From contig JBALDB010000069.1 of assembly GCA_036918135.1 (NCBI GenBank), positions 64,133 through 128,132 on the forward strand: a stretch of DNA of 64,000 nucleotides. The letters are read 5' to 3'. A program made the translations under genes and the position numbers. Below, in pieces: positions 42,508 to 53,122 of the stretch. The notes beneath the pieces are model-generated. The model did no database searches, had not been told where the DNA came from, and was given only the letters and a program-made list of their open reading frames with translations. Every line of letters begins with the position of its first letter. Within the stretch, counting starts at the first letter, position 1. This stretch comes from Nostoc sp. GTDB lineage: Bacteria > Cyanobacteriota > Cyanobacteriia > Cyanobacteriales > Nostocaceae.

Positions 42508-42788
42508 CTTAACTCGCCCAAATAGGAGATTTAATCGCAAATAGAAGCTGAGTCTTTCCCATTACAAAATCTCAAATCAAAAAAGGTATAAGCCGCATTA
42601 GGCACGAGTCAGCCTTATGCTAAAACAAGTCTACATTGAGAAAAAACTTTCTTATGAAACAGAAGCATCGAATTTTTAAATTAATTATTCTATCAAAATG
42701 ATTATTTTTTGTAATGTTAATATAATTCGTTGGAGTCTTTAAGACTCCAGAGTGAGTATTAAAGAGTGATCCCCACTCCCCATTCCCA

Positions 42789-43043
42789 ATGATTAAAAAC
42801 AAAATTTTAATTTGTACATTTTTAGCACTGTCCTCAGGTTTTTTTACTGCTTATACCAGTGGACAAATTACCACCATGCTGCACAAGCAGAAGTGTCAAA
42901 ACCAATATTGGGGTTTGAAGATAATATGCAACACTGGGGCGACGCTAGGAGGAATGTGGCAAGGTAGCACAACAGGACTATGGACAGGTACAGTTTTAGG
43001 CGCGTTTGTTGGTGGTTTGGTGACGCGGGAAACTCGCAATTAA
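42789..43043 (+). CDS. Small Gly-rich membrane protein
   Basis: 84-aa ATG ORF, two hydrophobic segments, GxxxG repeats; TATAAT upstream. Confidence 0.65.
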   Translation: MIKNKILICTFLALSSGFFTAYTSGQITTMLHKQKCQNQYWGLKIICNTGATLGGMWQGSTTGLWTGTVLGAFVGGLVTRETRN

Positions 43044-43124
43044 GTAATGATAAATTTTTTGTCAGCAGCGTTGGTGTCAGCAAGACTGGTAAAATTTACC
43101 CGTAGCGAACAAGAGCAAATCATC

Positions 43125-43430
43125 ATGACTACTGAAACTAACCCAGGGAATCAAACCACTACAGGTGCTGATGCTGTTGACGAAGCGATCGCACGCGGAA
43201 TTGATTTTGATGGTTCTCCGATTCCGCCTGCCAAACTAGAACTTTATCGCCAAGTCATGGGGCTAGAGGGCAATAGACAGCGCAGTGGTGTATCTAATAC
43301 TATGCGATCGCGCATTGTCAGAATCGGTGCCAAACACATTCCCCAAGCTGAACTCGACCAGTTGCTTGTAAATGCTGATTTCGCACCCCTCAAAGAGAAA
43401 GAAATTGCCTTTTATTACGGCGGTAAATAA
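43125..43430 (+). CDS. DUF4090-family (Ssr1528-like) protein
   Basis: GADAVDEAI..GIDFDGSPIP..RQRSGVSNTMRSRIVRIGAKH. Confidence 0.8.
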   Translation: MTTETNPGNQTTTGADAVDEAIARGIDFDGSPIPPAKLELYRQVMGLEGNRQRSGVSNTMRSRIVRIGAKHIPQAELDQLLVNADFAPLKEKEIAFYYGGK

Positions 43431-43679
43431 TTCAGAGGGTGTGAGAGGTAGGGTTGCAGGTTTGGGAACCCATGTTTAAAAACGTGGGATTGAAGCAAGG
43501 ACGCTTTATACCTCGCGCTACGCATCTCGGTATAATTCTTTTTTTAAATTGGGCTTTCAACCCAGAACTAAAGTTTTTATTTATACCCCACACCCCGTTT
43601 TTTGTAGAGTTAGAAGTTAGAAGTTTATATCTCCCCCTGCTTCTCCTGCTCCCCTACTCGCCACTCCCCAGTAAATCTT

Positions 43680-45098
43680 TCACTTTTCTAACGTTTTTAC
43701 ACTCAACACCTGGGGTGGTGTGGAATCTGGTGGATAAATTACATCTACCTGTACTATGCGCTTAGTCGAGGGTGGAAGTACAAGTTGCACTAATGGTTCT
43801 AATACCTGTGCAGTTCTGTGCCATAAATGTACGTAGCGCGTTTTTTGTTGAACTTGGTCATCAAAGTAGCGTAATCGCACTGTACCACGGAAGAAAGGAA
43901 AATCTAGGGATGGTTTACGGAAACGCAGACCAGTTTGGGATAATTTATCTTCCTTTAAAGGTGTTTCTAAGGTAACAGCCACAGTTTGATTTTGGGCAGT
44001 GTTATTGCTTAAAGGTAAAGTAAGTTTATACTCCACACCGTAATTACCGTGTGCTTCATATGCTGTATCAGGATAGCGTACCAGCATCTTGGCTGTTTGA
44101 ATTTGTTCGGTACCCAATCGACCACTCCGTAGTGTATCTAATGCATAAGAAATAGCTTTGCCACGTACAGGAATGGTCAGATTTGTGGCTGTAGGGTTAT
44201 CCACTAGTTTTACTTGCCATTGGGAACCTTGAGATACACCAGCTACACGTCCATAAATCAGTCCGCCATTGGTAGCATTTGGAGGAGTCGGTGTTTTATC
44301 TCGCGGCCCAGCGAAATTACCACTATCTAATAAAGCTTGCCATTCTGCCAGAGTAGGTGGGCGTTCGCTACCATCAGAATTTTTCTTGGCAAACATTGCT
44401 AAACTTGCTGCATAAACTCGATCGCTACTACGCAACCGCATAAAGCTAGAGCGACCATTCACCGGTTTTTCCAAATTCCGTACAGGAATGGGATGATTTA
44501 GCAACATCTGGCTTTGTCCTGGAGAAATTACCAGTTTGGCGGGAAAATCGGCTTGTCGAACGCCTCTAAGTACATCGCCAACAGCGCGATCGCCTGGCCC
44601 TGAGTAAGCCTTACCATCATTATTTTCAATGTAAGCAGCTAGGGTAACAAAGGGCGCATCCTGCATTAAATAACTCGCCGCTTGCAATACATCTACTGTT
44701 ACGGGTTTTTTCCCAGGGTTATGGACAATTACACCCAGGTATAGCGTTTGTAAATCCTTGGGAGTGTGGGTGTAGTGATGGGCGAATAAGTCAAAACGTC
44801 CTTGGAAAGGGAAATTAAGATGCGCGGCAGGAACTTTTTTACCTTTTGGGGGAAAGGTAGAAAGTAAAATACCTTCAGTTTTAATCCATTCTGGGCTATT
44901 GCTGTTAAAGACAGGTATTGTATCTAACTTTCCTGGTAAAGCCAGAACTTCGCCTGGTTGGACGATTTCTTGGGGCGTTGGCTTCGGTGAAGTTTGAGCG
45001 ATCGCCGAATTATTGTTACGACTTGTGCTTTTAAGGGTTTGAGTTACAGCTAATCCTAATAAAAGTATGAATACAGGTAATCGTAATTTAGTTAGCAT
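43680..45098 (-). CDS. Exported DUF3370-like protein
   Basis: Signal peptide; PVFNSNSPE, GILLSTFP, HGNYGVEY, YPPDSTPPQVL. Confidence 0.8.
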   Translation of the reverse strand: MLTKLRLPVFILLLGLAVTQTLKSTSRNNNSAIAQTSPKPTPQEIVQPGEVLALPGKLDTIPVFNSNSPEWIKTEGILLSTFPPKGKKVPAAHLNFPFQGRFDLFAHHYTHTPKDLQTLYLGVIVHNPGKKPVTVDVLQAASYLMQDAPFVTLAAYIENNDGKAYSGPGDRAVGDVLRGVRQADFPAKLVISPGQSQMLLNHPIPVRNLEKPVNGRSSFMRLRSSDRVYAASLAMFAKKNSDGSERPPTLAEWQALLDSGNFAGPRDKTPTPPNATNGGLIYGRVAGVSQGSQWQVKLVDNPTATNLTIPVRGKAISYALDTLRSGRLGTEQIQTAKMLVRYPDTAYEAHGNYGVEYKLTLPLSNNTAQNQTVAVTLETPLKEDKLSQTGLRFRKPSLDFPFFRGTVRLRYFDDQVQQKTRYVHLWHRTAQVLEPLVQLVLPPSTKRIVQVDVIYPPDSTPPQVLSVKTLEK

Positions 45099-45298
45099 AA
45101 ATTTGATTTTAAAATCAATTGAGACAATATTTTTAATAATTTCTATATTTTTCTGTCTGCTTTATTAGATAAACGTTTGGTACTACTACACGCTTTCAAC
45201 AATCAGGGGCGCAAAACTCCAAAACTAGAAATTAAAATCGCAGTTAAGCGCTGAGATATCGTTAATGGCAAAAGAAGATGAAAAAGAACCCTTACTAC

Positions 45299-45730
45299 TT
45301 ATAAATATTCAAAAAATACTTCTGGGACTAATCTTAATTCTCCAGATTTAAAACGAGAAATATTTATCCATAGTGCCCTATGTTTATGTTTTTCTGACTC
45401 AAAAAAAACTAAACTTTCCAATTGATAAAACTTATGTTCAGCAAAGTCACATTGATAAAGTTGAATAATTTCATGACCTTGCCTACCGTTAAATATAAAT
45501 AAACTTTCTATACAACCTAAATAGCGAATATTCGTTAACTCTGCCTGAATTTCCTCTTGAAACTCCCGTTGTAGCGCGTCGCGGCTAGTTTCCCCAAAGT
45601 CTACGCCACCGCCTAAAGCACGATAAAATGCTTCTTGCTTTATAGGGTCGTAGCCTTCAGAAACAAAAATGCGTTCGCCATCTCGAATTAGTCCTAAGGC
45701 TAACACTCGAATTTCGCCTGGTTTCTTCAT
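45299..45730 (-). CDS. NUDIX hydrolase
   Basis: GGGVDFGETSRDALQREFQEEI Nudix box. Confidence 0.92.
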   Translation of the reverse strand: MKKPGEIRVLALGLIRDGERIFVSEGYDPIKQEAFYRALGGGVDFGETSRDALQREFQEEIQAELTNIRYLGCIESLFIFNGRQGHEIIQLYQCDFAEHKFYQLESLVFFESEKHKHRALWINISRFKSGELRLVPEVFFEYL

Positions 45731-45738
45731 TGTTGTAA

Positions 45739-46200
45739 TTAATTATCGTAATTATCGTAAAGAGAGTGAGAACGACTTTCGCTATCTTCAACAGGCCAAT
45801 CTTCATTTTCACCGCCGATATATAAGTCTTCAATCGTGACATATTCCTCGCCCAGTTGTGTGAGAGCGTTAATTAAAATATCCAGGGCGATCGCATCACT
45901 AGTTCCCAAATCAAACCAACAACGCGCCCACTGTCCTTGATATTCAAATTCACCCATATTGTGCATCAAGGCTAGTAAGCTTTTGTCGTACCCTTGGGCA
46001 TCATAATTCATATAGCTGAGATCGAGTCCAGTTTCTTGCACCTGAAGATTTTCGGCATTGAATGCACCTAATTTACCCAGATAAAACCAAGAATCAAAAG
46101 CTTCTTCGACATACTGCTTTTCACGTTCAGAGGGAATAGTGCTGAATTTTAACCAAATCCATACATCAAAAGGATTAAATTCACGGAATTGAATTTGCAT
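45739..46200 (-). CDS. DUF3531-like protein
   Basis: FREFNPF, SWFYLGKLGAFN, WFDLGTSD. Confidence 0.75.
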   Translation of the reverse strand: MQIQFREFNPFDVWIWLKFSTIPSEREKQYVEEAFDSWFYLGKLGAFNAENLQVQETGLDLSYMNYDAQGYDKSLLALMHNMGEFEYQGQWARCWFDLGTSDAIALDILINALTQLGEEYVTIEDLYIGGENEDWPVEDSESRSHSLYDNYDN

Positions 46201-46373
46201 TTTAGTCAAATATTCCAATTATTTTTACCGAAGATAAGCATATCAGAGTGGGGAGTGTAGGGAGTGTGGGGAGAGAGGGGGGATGGGAGAGAGGGGGGCA
46301 AGATTTCTTCTCCTTCCTCCCACACCTGCCACACCTGCCACACCTCCCACACTTCCTGTTTGCCCAATGCCAA

Positions 46374-47306
46374 TTACCTTGAATTATTTAGGCTCAGAGT
46401 ATTTTTACGCTCACTCTCGATTTGTTTGACTAAATTACTTGGGAGTTGGGATTTTTTAGTCAATGCTTTGTCAAAATTAGCGATCGCTTCCTGAATCAGC
46501 TGCTGACTTTTTTCGTTTTCTCCTTGTCGTTTCAGAATTTGAGCTTTGAGATAATAAATTTCTGGATTCTCACTTGTGCTTTTGATTGCTCGGTTAACAT
46601 ATTCTAGTGCTTGAGGATACCGTTTTAAATCTCTGTAAGCAAGAGCGATACCTCGATCCACGAGATACTCAGGAGCGGCATTTTCTTGTAAGCGTCCAAT
46701 TGCTTGATCTGGATTGGCAAAAGGCAAATTAACCGCTAACAATAAATCCATATAACCCTTGATTAAATTCAGCTCTGGATCGTTAGCAGAAATCGCTTCG
46801 GCTTTGTCTAAATACTGATAAACTTGCCGCAGCCGACCGAAAGCCTCTGGCACTCCATTAGTTGTACCCTGACGAATGAGAATTAGCGAGCCTTCAAAAA
46901 AATGACCAACAGCAGTGTATAAATTTCCACGCAAAGGGTCGGTAGAAATCAATTTTTGGGCGCTTTCCAAGGTTTTCTGGCTGTAGGTATCTAAATTAGC
47001 CCAATCCTTATTTCCGTATGCTAAAGATGCCTTCATAGCATAAGCTAGAGGTTCATTTGGCTCTTTGGCTAGCGCTTGGGTGAGGTAACGATCTGCTGCT
47101 GGATAGTTACCTTGTTGGAAAATCGCTTCAAAAGCTGCTTGAGTTCGATCGCCAATTTGATGAGGTTCTTTAGTGCGAAAGGGATCGCCAGCTAATGAAG
47201 GATTTATCAAAAGATTAAGTGCGATCGCAGTCCCAAAAGCTACCTGAGCAACTAAGTTGAGTCTAGCAAACACGACTAATTGAGAACCAGAAAACCTTTT
47301 AGTCAT
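46374..47306 (-). CDS. Exported TPR-repeat protein (Sll0314/Alr1548-like)
   Basis: Signal-like N-terminus, AGDPFR, TPR-like helices. Confidence 0.8.
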   Translation of the reverse strand: MTKRFSGSQLVVFARLNLVAQVAFGTAIALNLLINPSLAGDPFRTKEPHQIGDRTQAAFEAIFQQGNYPAADRYLTQALAKEPNEPLAYAMKASLAYGNKDWANLDTYSQKTLESAQKLISTDPLRGNLYTAVGHFFEGSLILIRQGTTNGVPEAFGRLRQVYQYLDKAEAISANDPELNLIKGYMDLLLAVNLPFANPDQAIGRLQENAAPEYLVDRGIALAYRDLKRYPQALEYVNRAIKSTSENPEIYYLKAQILKRQGENEKSQQLIQEAIANFDKALTKKSQLPSNLVKQIESERKNTLSLNNSR

Positions 47307-47621
47307 TTTAACCCTCAGAATAATTGCGGTTGAAATAGTTGTATGTGTTACTTAGAATGCAAAAAATGGTTAATTTTAAATTGTGTCTGCTTTAGGCAAA
47401 ATTTTCTATCAAGATTGACTTGAGTAATTTTTTCATGTTCCCAAGCATGTTGTAGCCATTGTTTAAGGGTGAGTCTGCCACAATGGAGAAAAGGTGGATA
47501 ATTCTTGCTGCTAGATTAAGGTGTTAACGCAAGTAATGTACTAGAAATTTTTTGCTGAATTTTCCAGCTGCTCTTGGTGTAGTTAATCAGTAATTTGCTG
47601 ACTTTTTGGTAATCTTAACAA

Positions 47622-48296
47622 ATGCTCTATCTCCGAAATCTAATTTATCACCCCACAGCGTGCCCAACAGCTATTCTTAAATCGATCGACTTAGAATTAG
47701 CACCCCAGCAGCTAGGTCTGATTATTGGCCCAAGTGGTTCTGGTAAAAGTACTTTACTAGAAATTTTATCCGGACTAGCCGAACCCACCTCTGGCGGACT
47801 ATTTTGGCGCGAACAAGAACTGATTCCCGAACAGCTACAACAATTGGCTGGGTTGGTGTTTCAGTTTCCAGAGCGGCATTTTTGCGGTAGTTCGATTTTA
47901 GAAGAATTGCGTTTAGGACATCCTGAATTAGGCTCAGATCGAGTCAGACACGCGTTGAGTGAGGTGGGATTAGATCATTTATCGCTCTCCACTGCTCCCC
48001 ATGCTTTGAGTGGTGGTCAGCAGCGACGTTTAGCTTTAGCAGTGCAATTAATTCGCCAGCCAAATCTACTGTTATTGGATGAACCGACAGCTGGGTTAGA
48101 TTGGTCGATGCGGCGGCAGGTGATAAATTTATTAGCAAAACTCAAACAAGATTGGACACTGTTGGTAGTGACACACGATGCTGGAGATTTGCTAGCGATC
48201 GCAGACCGTTGCTGGACACTTAACCACGGCGAACTAAAATCAGTTGATTCAAAGACACTTGAAGTGAAAGTTAAAGAGCCTCTGCCAGCGGTGTAA
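47622..48296 (+). CDS. ABC transporter ATP-binding protein (ECF/CbiO-like)
   Basis: GPSGSGKST, VFQFPE, LSGGQQRR, LLLDEPTAGLD, VTHD. Confidence 0.92.
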   Translation: MLYLRNLIYHPTACPTAILKSIDLELAPQQLGLIIGPSGSGKSTLLEILSGLAEPTSGGLFWREQELIPEQLQQLAGLVFQFPERHFCGSSILEELRLGHPELGSDRVRHALSEVGLDHLSLSTAPHALSGGQQRRLALAVQLIRQPNLLLLDEPTAGLDWSMRRQVINLLAKLKQDWTLLVVTHDAGDLLAIADRCWTLNHGELKSVDSKTLEVKVKEPLPAV

Positions 48297-48419
48297 GTTG
48301 GGGAGTGGAGGAGGCACAGGGGCAGGGAGCAGGGGGCAGGGGAGGATATCTTCCCCTCTGCTCCCTTGCTTGTTCCAATGCCCTACGCTCAACGAGCAAT
48401 AACTAATAATTAATAACCA

Positions 48420-49157
48420 ATGATCGACTTATTGCCTGAAATGGCAGAAATTTGGCAGCAAACCGTGAATTGGCAACCAAGTGTCCAACAACAGGCGCAA
48501 TTCCAGAGACTTTATGAATTAATCCTAGAAGGTAACCGTCAATTAAATTTAACTCGCATTACTGACACTCAAGAGTTTTGGGAAAAACATCTTTGGGATT
48601 CATTACGGGGAATTGCGCCCCACGGGCAATTTGTTTCGTCTCTCCAAGAGGGTGCGTCTGCGATTGATATCGGTACAGGTGCGGGTTTTCCAGGTATTCC
48701 AGTGACAATTACTGCACCTAATTGCACAATAACTTTGATGGATTCAACTCGCAAAAAAATTAATTTTATTGAAAAAGTCTTAACTGAACTTGCCCTCATA
48801 AATACCAAAACTCTTGTTGGTAGGGCTGAAGAAATTGGTCAGCAAACCGAACACCGACAAGCTTATGATATTGCCTTAATCCGTGCTGTGGGGACAGCCT
48901 CTGTTTGTGCAGAATATACTCTACCACTAGTTAAACAGGGAGGTTTAGCAATAATTTATCGTGGTAATTGGACAGAGGATGAAACAACAGCTTTAGAAAA
49001 TGCTGTTAAGCAATTGGGTGGCGTTATTGAATTAATCGAAAAATTCATTACTCCTATAAGTAAGAGTATCCGCCACTGTATATATTTGCGTAAAGTAGCG
49101 ACTACAACAGTTCAGTTTCCCCGAACTACAGGTGTACCTGCTCAAAAGCCTCTTTGA
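48420..49157 (+). CDS. rsmG: 16S rRNA m7G527 methyltransferase
   Basis: NLTRI, KHLWDS, DIGTGAGFPG, GRAEE, FPR. Confidence 0.95.
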   Translation: MIDLLPEMAEIWQQTVNWQPSVQQQAQFQRLYELILEGNRQLNLTRITDTQEFWEKHLWDSLRGIAPHGQFVSSLQEGASAIDIGTGAGFPGIPVTITAPNCTITLMDSTRKKINFIEKVLTELALINTKTLVGRAEEIGQQTEHRQAYDIALIRAVGTASVCAEYTLPLVKQGGLAIIYRGNWTEDETTALENAVKQLGGVIELIEKFITPISKSIRHCIYLRKVATTTVQFPRTTGVPAQKPL

Positions 49158-49164
49158 AAACGTG

Positions 49165-49195
49165 GTGCGCTAGACTTTGGCCTAGCGCACTTTAG
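49165..49195. terminator. Hairpin between convergent rsmG and sodA
   Basis: gtgcgctag...ctagcgcac. Confidence 0.65.
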
Positions 49196-49226
49196 TTAAG
49201 ATTTACTTTTTCCCGATCGCTGCTAT

Positions 49227-50012
49227 TTAAGCAAATTTAAATTTTTTCGCGTCTGCAAACCGCTTGTTAATCTCATCCCAGTTAACCACATTCCACCAAG
49301 CTTCTAAATAATCGGCACGACGGTTTTGGTAGTTAAGATAATACGCGTGTTCCCATACATCATTACCCAAGATGGGGTACTTGCCTTCGCTAAGGGGACT
49401 ATCTTGATTACCTGTAGACGCTACTGCCAGCTTGCCATCTTTGTTACGCACTAGCCAAACCCAACCGCTACCAAAACGACCAGCACCAGCTTCGTTAAAC
49501 TGTTTTTTGAAAGCTGCAAAACTACCAAAATTTTGATTAATAGCCGAGGCTATATCTCCTGTTGGTTCTCCACCGCCTTTCGACTTCATAATTTTCCAGA
49601 ACATTGAATGGTTCACATGACCACCACCATTGTTGCGTACTGTTTTGCGAATGTCTTCTGGTATTGTGTCAAGTTTTTGCAACAGTTCTTCAACACTTTT
49701 ACTTTTGAGTTCTGGATGTTTTTCTAATGCCGCATTCAGGTTTTTCACATAAGTTGCGTGGTGTTTATCGTGATGAAACTGCATTGTTTTGGCATCAATG
49801 TGTGGTTCCAGGGCTTCGTAGGCGTAAGGTAAAGGTGGTAGTTGGATAGCCCCAGTAGTGTTTGATGTTGTGTTTGATGCTGTGTTCGGTGTTGTGTCGG
49901 GAGTTGGAACATTTCTCTGGACAGAATTTTCTGCCGATGCACAAGCATCCAAAGTCAAAGCACCCGCACCTGCTGTGAGTAAAAACAAGAAATAGCGTCG
50001 ATTAACAGTCAT
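49227..50012 (-). CDS. sodA: Mn superoxide dismutase with twin-Arg leader and T/N-rich linker
   Basis: [32 protein letters not shown] leader. Confidence 0.9.
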   Translation of the reverse strand: MTVNRRYFLFLLTAGAGALTLDACASAENSVQRNVPTPDTTPNTASNTTSNTTGAIQLPPLPYAYEALEPHIDAKTMQFHHDKHHATYVKNLNAALEKHPELKSKSVEELLQKLDTIPEDIRKTVRNNGGGHVNHSMFWKIMKSKGGGEPTGDIASAINQNFGSFAAFKKQFNEAGAGRFGSGWVWLVRNKDGKLAVASTGNQDSPLSEGKYPILGNDVWEHAYYLNYQNRRADYLEAWWNVVNWDEINKRFADAKKFKFA

Positions 50013-50177
50013 ATAACTTTTTGCAGCGAATCTATGTCAATTAATTGCTCGTTCTCATTTTCTTAGATTCTGGTTGCAAAAAATTAAGAATTAGGGAGTG
50101 GGGGAATAAAGGAGCAGAGGGGCAGTGATGTGAGAAAATCACCCACGATGTTGGCTCCCCAATGCCCGACTCGCTAT

Positions 50178-51599
50178 TTAACCAAAATGTTGAATTATCG
50201 CTTCGGCAAATTCAGAACACTTTAATGGTTCAACTGGTGGTTCTAACAACCGTGCTAAATCATAGGTGACTTGACTGTTGGCGATCGCATCTCCTAAACC
50301 TTTCTTAATTAGGTCTGCGGCTTCTTGCCAACCGAGATATTCCAGCATCATCACTCCAGACAAAATCACTGAACCGGGATTAATCTTATCTAACCCGGCG
50401 TGTTTGGGTGCCGTGCCGTGGGTAGCTTCAAATATGGCACTGCTATCGCCAATGTTGGCTCCTGGTCCCATTCCCAATCCCCCAACGATTGCCGCAGCAG
50501 CATCAGATAAGTAATCACCGTTCAAGTTCATTGTCGCTAGAATTGAATACTCATCTGGTCTGGTTTGGATTTGTTGAAAAATACTGTCAGCAATCCGGTC
50601 ATTCACCAAAACTTTCTCTTTCCATTTGCCATCACCGTGGGTTGCCCAAATTGAGTTAAGAACTGTTTCAACTTCCTTGACAATTTGCGCTTTTTTCTCT
50701 TCGGTAAGAGAATCAAACCCCGGATCGATCTGACGAGCATTTTCTTCTAAGGAAATATTGGGATTTTTTTCCTTGTTGCTTAAAATCCAAGATTCCCGTT
50801 CGGTGACAGTTTCTTGGCGAAACTCGGTGGTTGCTAGTTCATAACCCCAATCGCGGAAAGCGCCTTCGGTGTATTTCATGATGTTGCCCTTATGCACCAA
50901 AGTCACTTGTTGCTTGTGTTTGGGCAATTGCAAGGCGTGTTTAATGGCACGTCTAACTAGGCGCTGGGAACCAGTTTTACTGATGGGTTTAATACCGATG
51001 CCAGAATCGAGGGGAATTCGTTTTTTCCCGTGTTCTGAAGTGGCGGGAATGAGTTCCTCATTGAGAATTTTAATTAAGCGATCGCCGATTTCGCTACCTT
51101 GTCGCCACTCAATACCCAAATAAATATCTTCTGTATTCTCTCGATAAACAATTACATCCAGCTTTTCTGGATTTTTGTGGGGTGAGGGCGTACCTGCATA
51201 GTAGCGGCAAGGGCGCACGCAGGCATACAAGTCAAAAATTTGTCGGAGTGCCACATTTAAAGAACGAATCCCACCGCCAACAGGGGTAGTTAAAGGCCCT
51301 TTAATAGCTACCCCATATTCTTCAATTGCTGTCAGAGTATCCTGAGGTAAATACTGGTAAGTTCCGTATAAATCGCAAGCTTCATCTCCAGCGTAAACCT
51401 TAAACCAACTAATTTGACGTTGACCTTTGTATGCTTTAGCTACAGCAGCATCTAGCACCTTTTGGGTAGCAGGCCAGATATCTATACCCGTACCATCACC
51501 CCGAATAAAAGGGATAATTGGATTGTCGGGTACAATCGGTTCACCATTTTTGAAGGTGATTTTCGATCCAGTTGTGGGGGGGGTAATCTTCTCGTACAT
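50178..51599 (-). CDS. icd: NADP-dependent isocitrate dehydrogenase
   Basis: [42 protein letters not shown]. Confidence 0.98.
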   Translation of the reverse strand: MYEKITPPTTGSKITFKNGEPIVPDNPIIPFIRGDGTGIDIWPATQKVLDAAVAKAYKGQRQISWFKVYAGDEACDLYGTYQYLPQDTLTAIEEYGVAIKGPLTTPVGGGIRSLNVALRQIFDLYACVRPCRYYAGTPSPHKNPEKLDVIVYRENTEDIYLGIEWRQGSEIGDRLIKILNEELIPATSEHGKKRIPLDSGIGIKPISKTGSQRLVRRAIKHALQLPKHKQQVTLVHKGNIMKYTEGAFRDWGYELATTEFRQETVTERESWILSNKEKNPNISLEENARQIDPGFDSLTEEKKAQIVKEVETVLNSIWATHGDGKWKEKVLVNDRIADSIFQQIQTRPDEYSILATMNLNGDYLSDAAAAIVGGLGMGPGANIGDSSAIFEATHGTAPKHAGLDKINPGSVILSGVMMLEYLGWQEAADLIKKGLGDAIANSQVTYDLARLLEPPVEPLKCSEFAEAIIQHFG

Positions 51600-51710
51600 A
51601 CTTTAAACACTCCTAAAAAGATAGGCCGTTGGAATTGGAGATTGGGGCACAGGGGCACAGGGACAGAAGCATAGAAAAGAAAGACTTACTGCAACTTTCC
51701 CCGATCTCTC

Positions 51711-51744
51711 AGTCCCCAGTCCCTAGTCCCCAGTCCCCAATCCC
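51711..51744. repeat. STRR1-type heptamer array
   Basis: (cccagtc) about 5 copies. Confidence 0.8.
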
Positions 51745-51931
51745 TTGAAGCGCAGATGTTCCCCCTATTTTCCTTGTACATTAATTTGGCGATTAAGTGT
51801 GGGATTAGGTGAAGCGATCGCAATTTTGTACGATCAAAAATAGTAAACTACTTTTCGCTATCAGTGCTTCACCTTAATGAATGCTTGATAGCTGACTGCT
51901 TTTTCACCCTTTTGCTAATACGAGTAATGGC

Positions 51932-52657
51932 ATGACAGACCCAATGATTTTATCAGGCCCTGCTACTGACATCGACTCCCTCCGACAACCATTAATCGCT
52001 GGGTCTCTTCAAGTCCAACAACAAATCATCTCACAGTTAGCTCAATTGGGTAATGAGGGATTAGATGTGTTGATGGAATTTTTACGCAAACGCCGCGACA
52101 GCCCAGCAACTTGGGTTGATGGCAAAGCGTACCAAGTCCTCTACAAGTCCGATGCACCTCAAGCCAAAGAATTTCTGCTCTCGTGCTTTCCTGAGGGAAT
52201 TGTACCTCTAAAATCAGAGCGCGGGATTAATTACAATCCTTTGCAACAGCTACTCGCCCTCCAAGATTTCCAAGCTGCCGATCGCATGACTATTGAAAAA
52301 ATGTGTGAACTATCAGGGCCAACGGCTGTACAACGCAAATGGTTGTATTTTACTGAAGTAGAAAATTCCTCAGCTGTTGACTTACAAACTATTAACAATC
52401 TATGGTTAGTTCACTCTGAAGGCAAATTTGGCTTTTCAGTGCAACGAGAAATTTGGTTGAGCTTGGGCAAAAACTGGGAGAATTTCTGGCCGAAGATTGG
52501 CTGGAAACAAAGTAATAATTGGACTCGCTACCCCCATGAATTTACCTGGGATTTGAGCGCGCCTAGAGGTCACTTACCCCTCTCAAATCAACTGCGGGGA
52601 GTGCGGGTTTTTGCTTCTTTACTATCTCATCCTGCTTGGTCGAAGAATCCAGAATGA
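51932..52657 (+). CDS. gun4: GUN4 (Ycf53) Mg-chelatase cofactor
   Basis: WLYFTEV, HSEGKFGFSVQ, APRGHLP, NQLRG. Confidence 0.9.
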   Translation: MTDPMILSGPATDIDSLRQPLIAGSLQVQQQIISQLAQLGNEGLDVLMEFLRKRRDSPATWVDGKAYQVLYKSDAPQAKEFLLSCFPEGIVPLKSERGINYNPLQQLLALQDFQAADRMTIEKMCELSGPTAVQRKWLYFTEVENSSAVDLQTINNLWLVHSEGKFGFSVQREIWLSLGKNWENFWPKIGWKQSNNWTRYPHEFTWDLSAPRGHLPLSNQLRGVRVFASLLSHPAWSKNPE

Positions 52658-53122
52658 TTTTGAGCCTATGTACAGATAGATAGTGAGTCCTATCAACCGA
52701 GAATTCTACGTCATTATTGAATCAGATCGGATGGCTACTATATTGGAAAACTCCTTTACCAAAGGGATTGACAAATAAAAAAATATCCTACTGTTTGCAG
52801 TCAACACTCAACAGGAGCCAGTGCGCCCATGCGCTCTGCTGACAGTCAAGCAACTGGCTCTCAACAGTCAGTAACTTCAAACTGAATAATTTATTTCTTT
52901 GAGTTCCCCAGACTGCTATTTTGTCCCTCCCTGACAGGGGTATAGACATCCAAAAAAATAATACATTTTGTTACAGAGCTAAATTAGACTAACTAATGGT
53001 GATAAAGTCTCCTTGCCAAACTCAAAAGGAGGCTTTATTTTGTGATTTTATTTGGCAACTCATGTTTTTACTCGTAAAATCGAAGACAAGGTAAAGGTCA
53101 GTAGAAAAGAATCCCTAAATTA

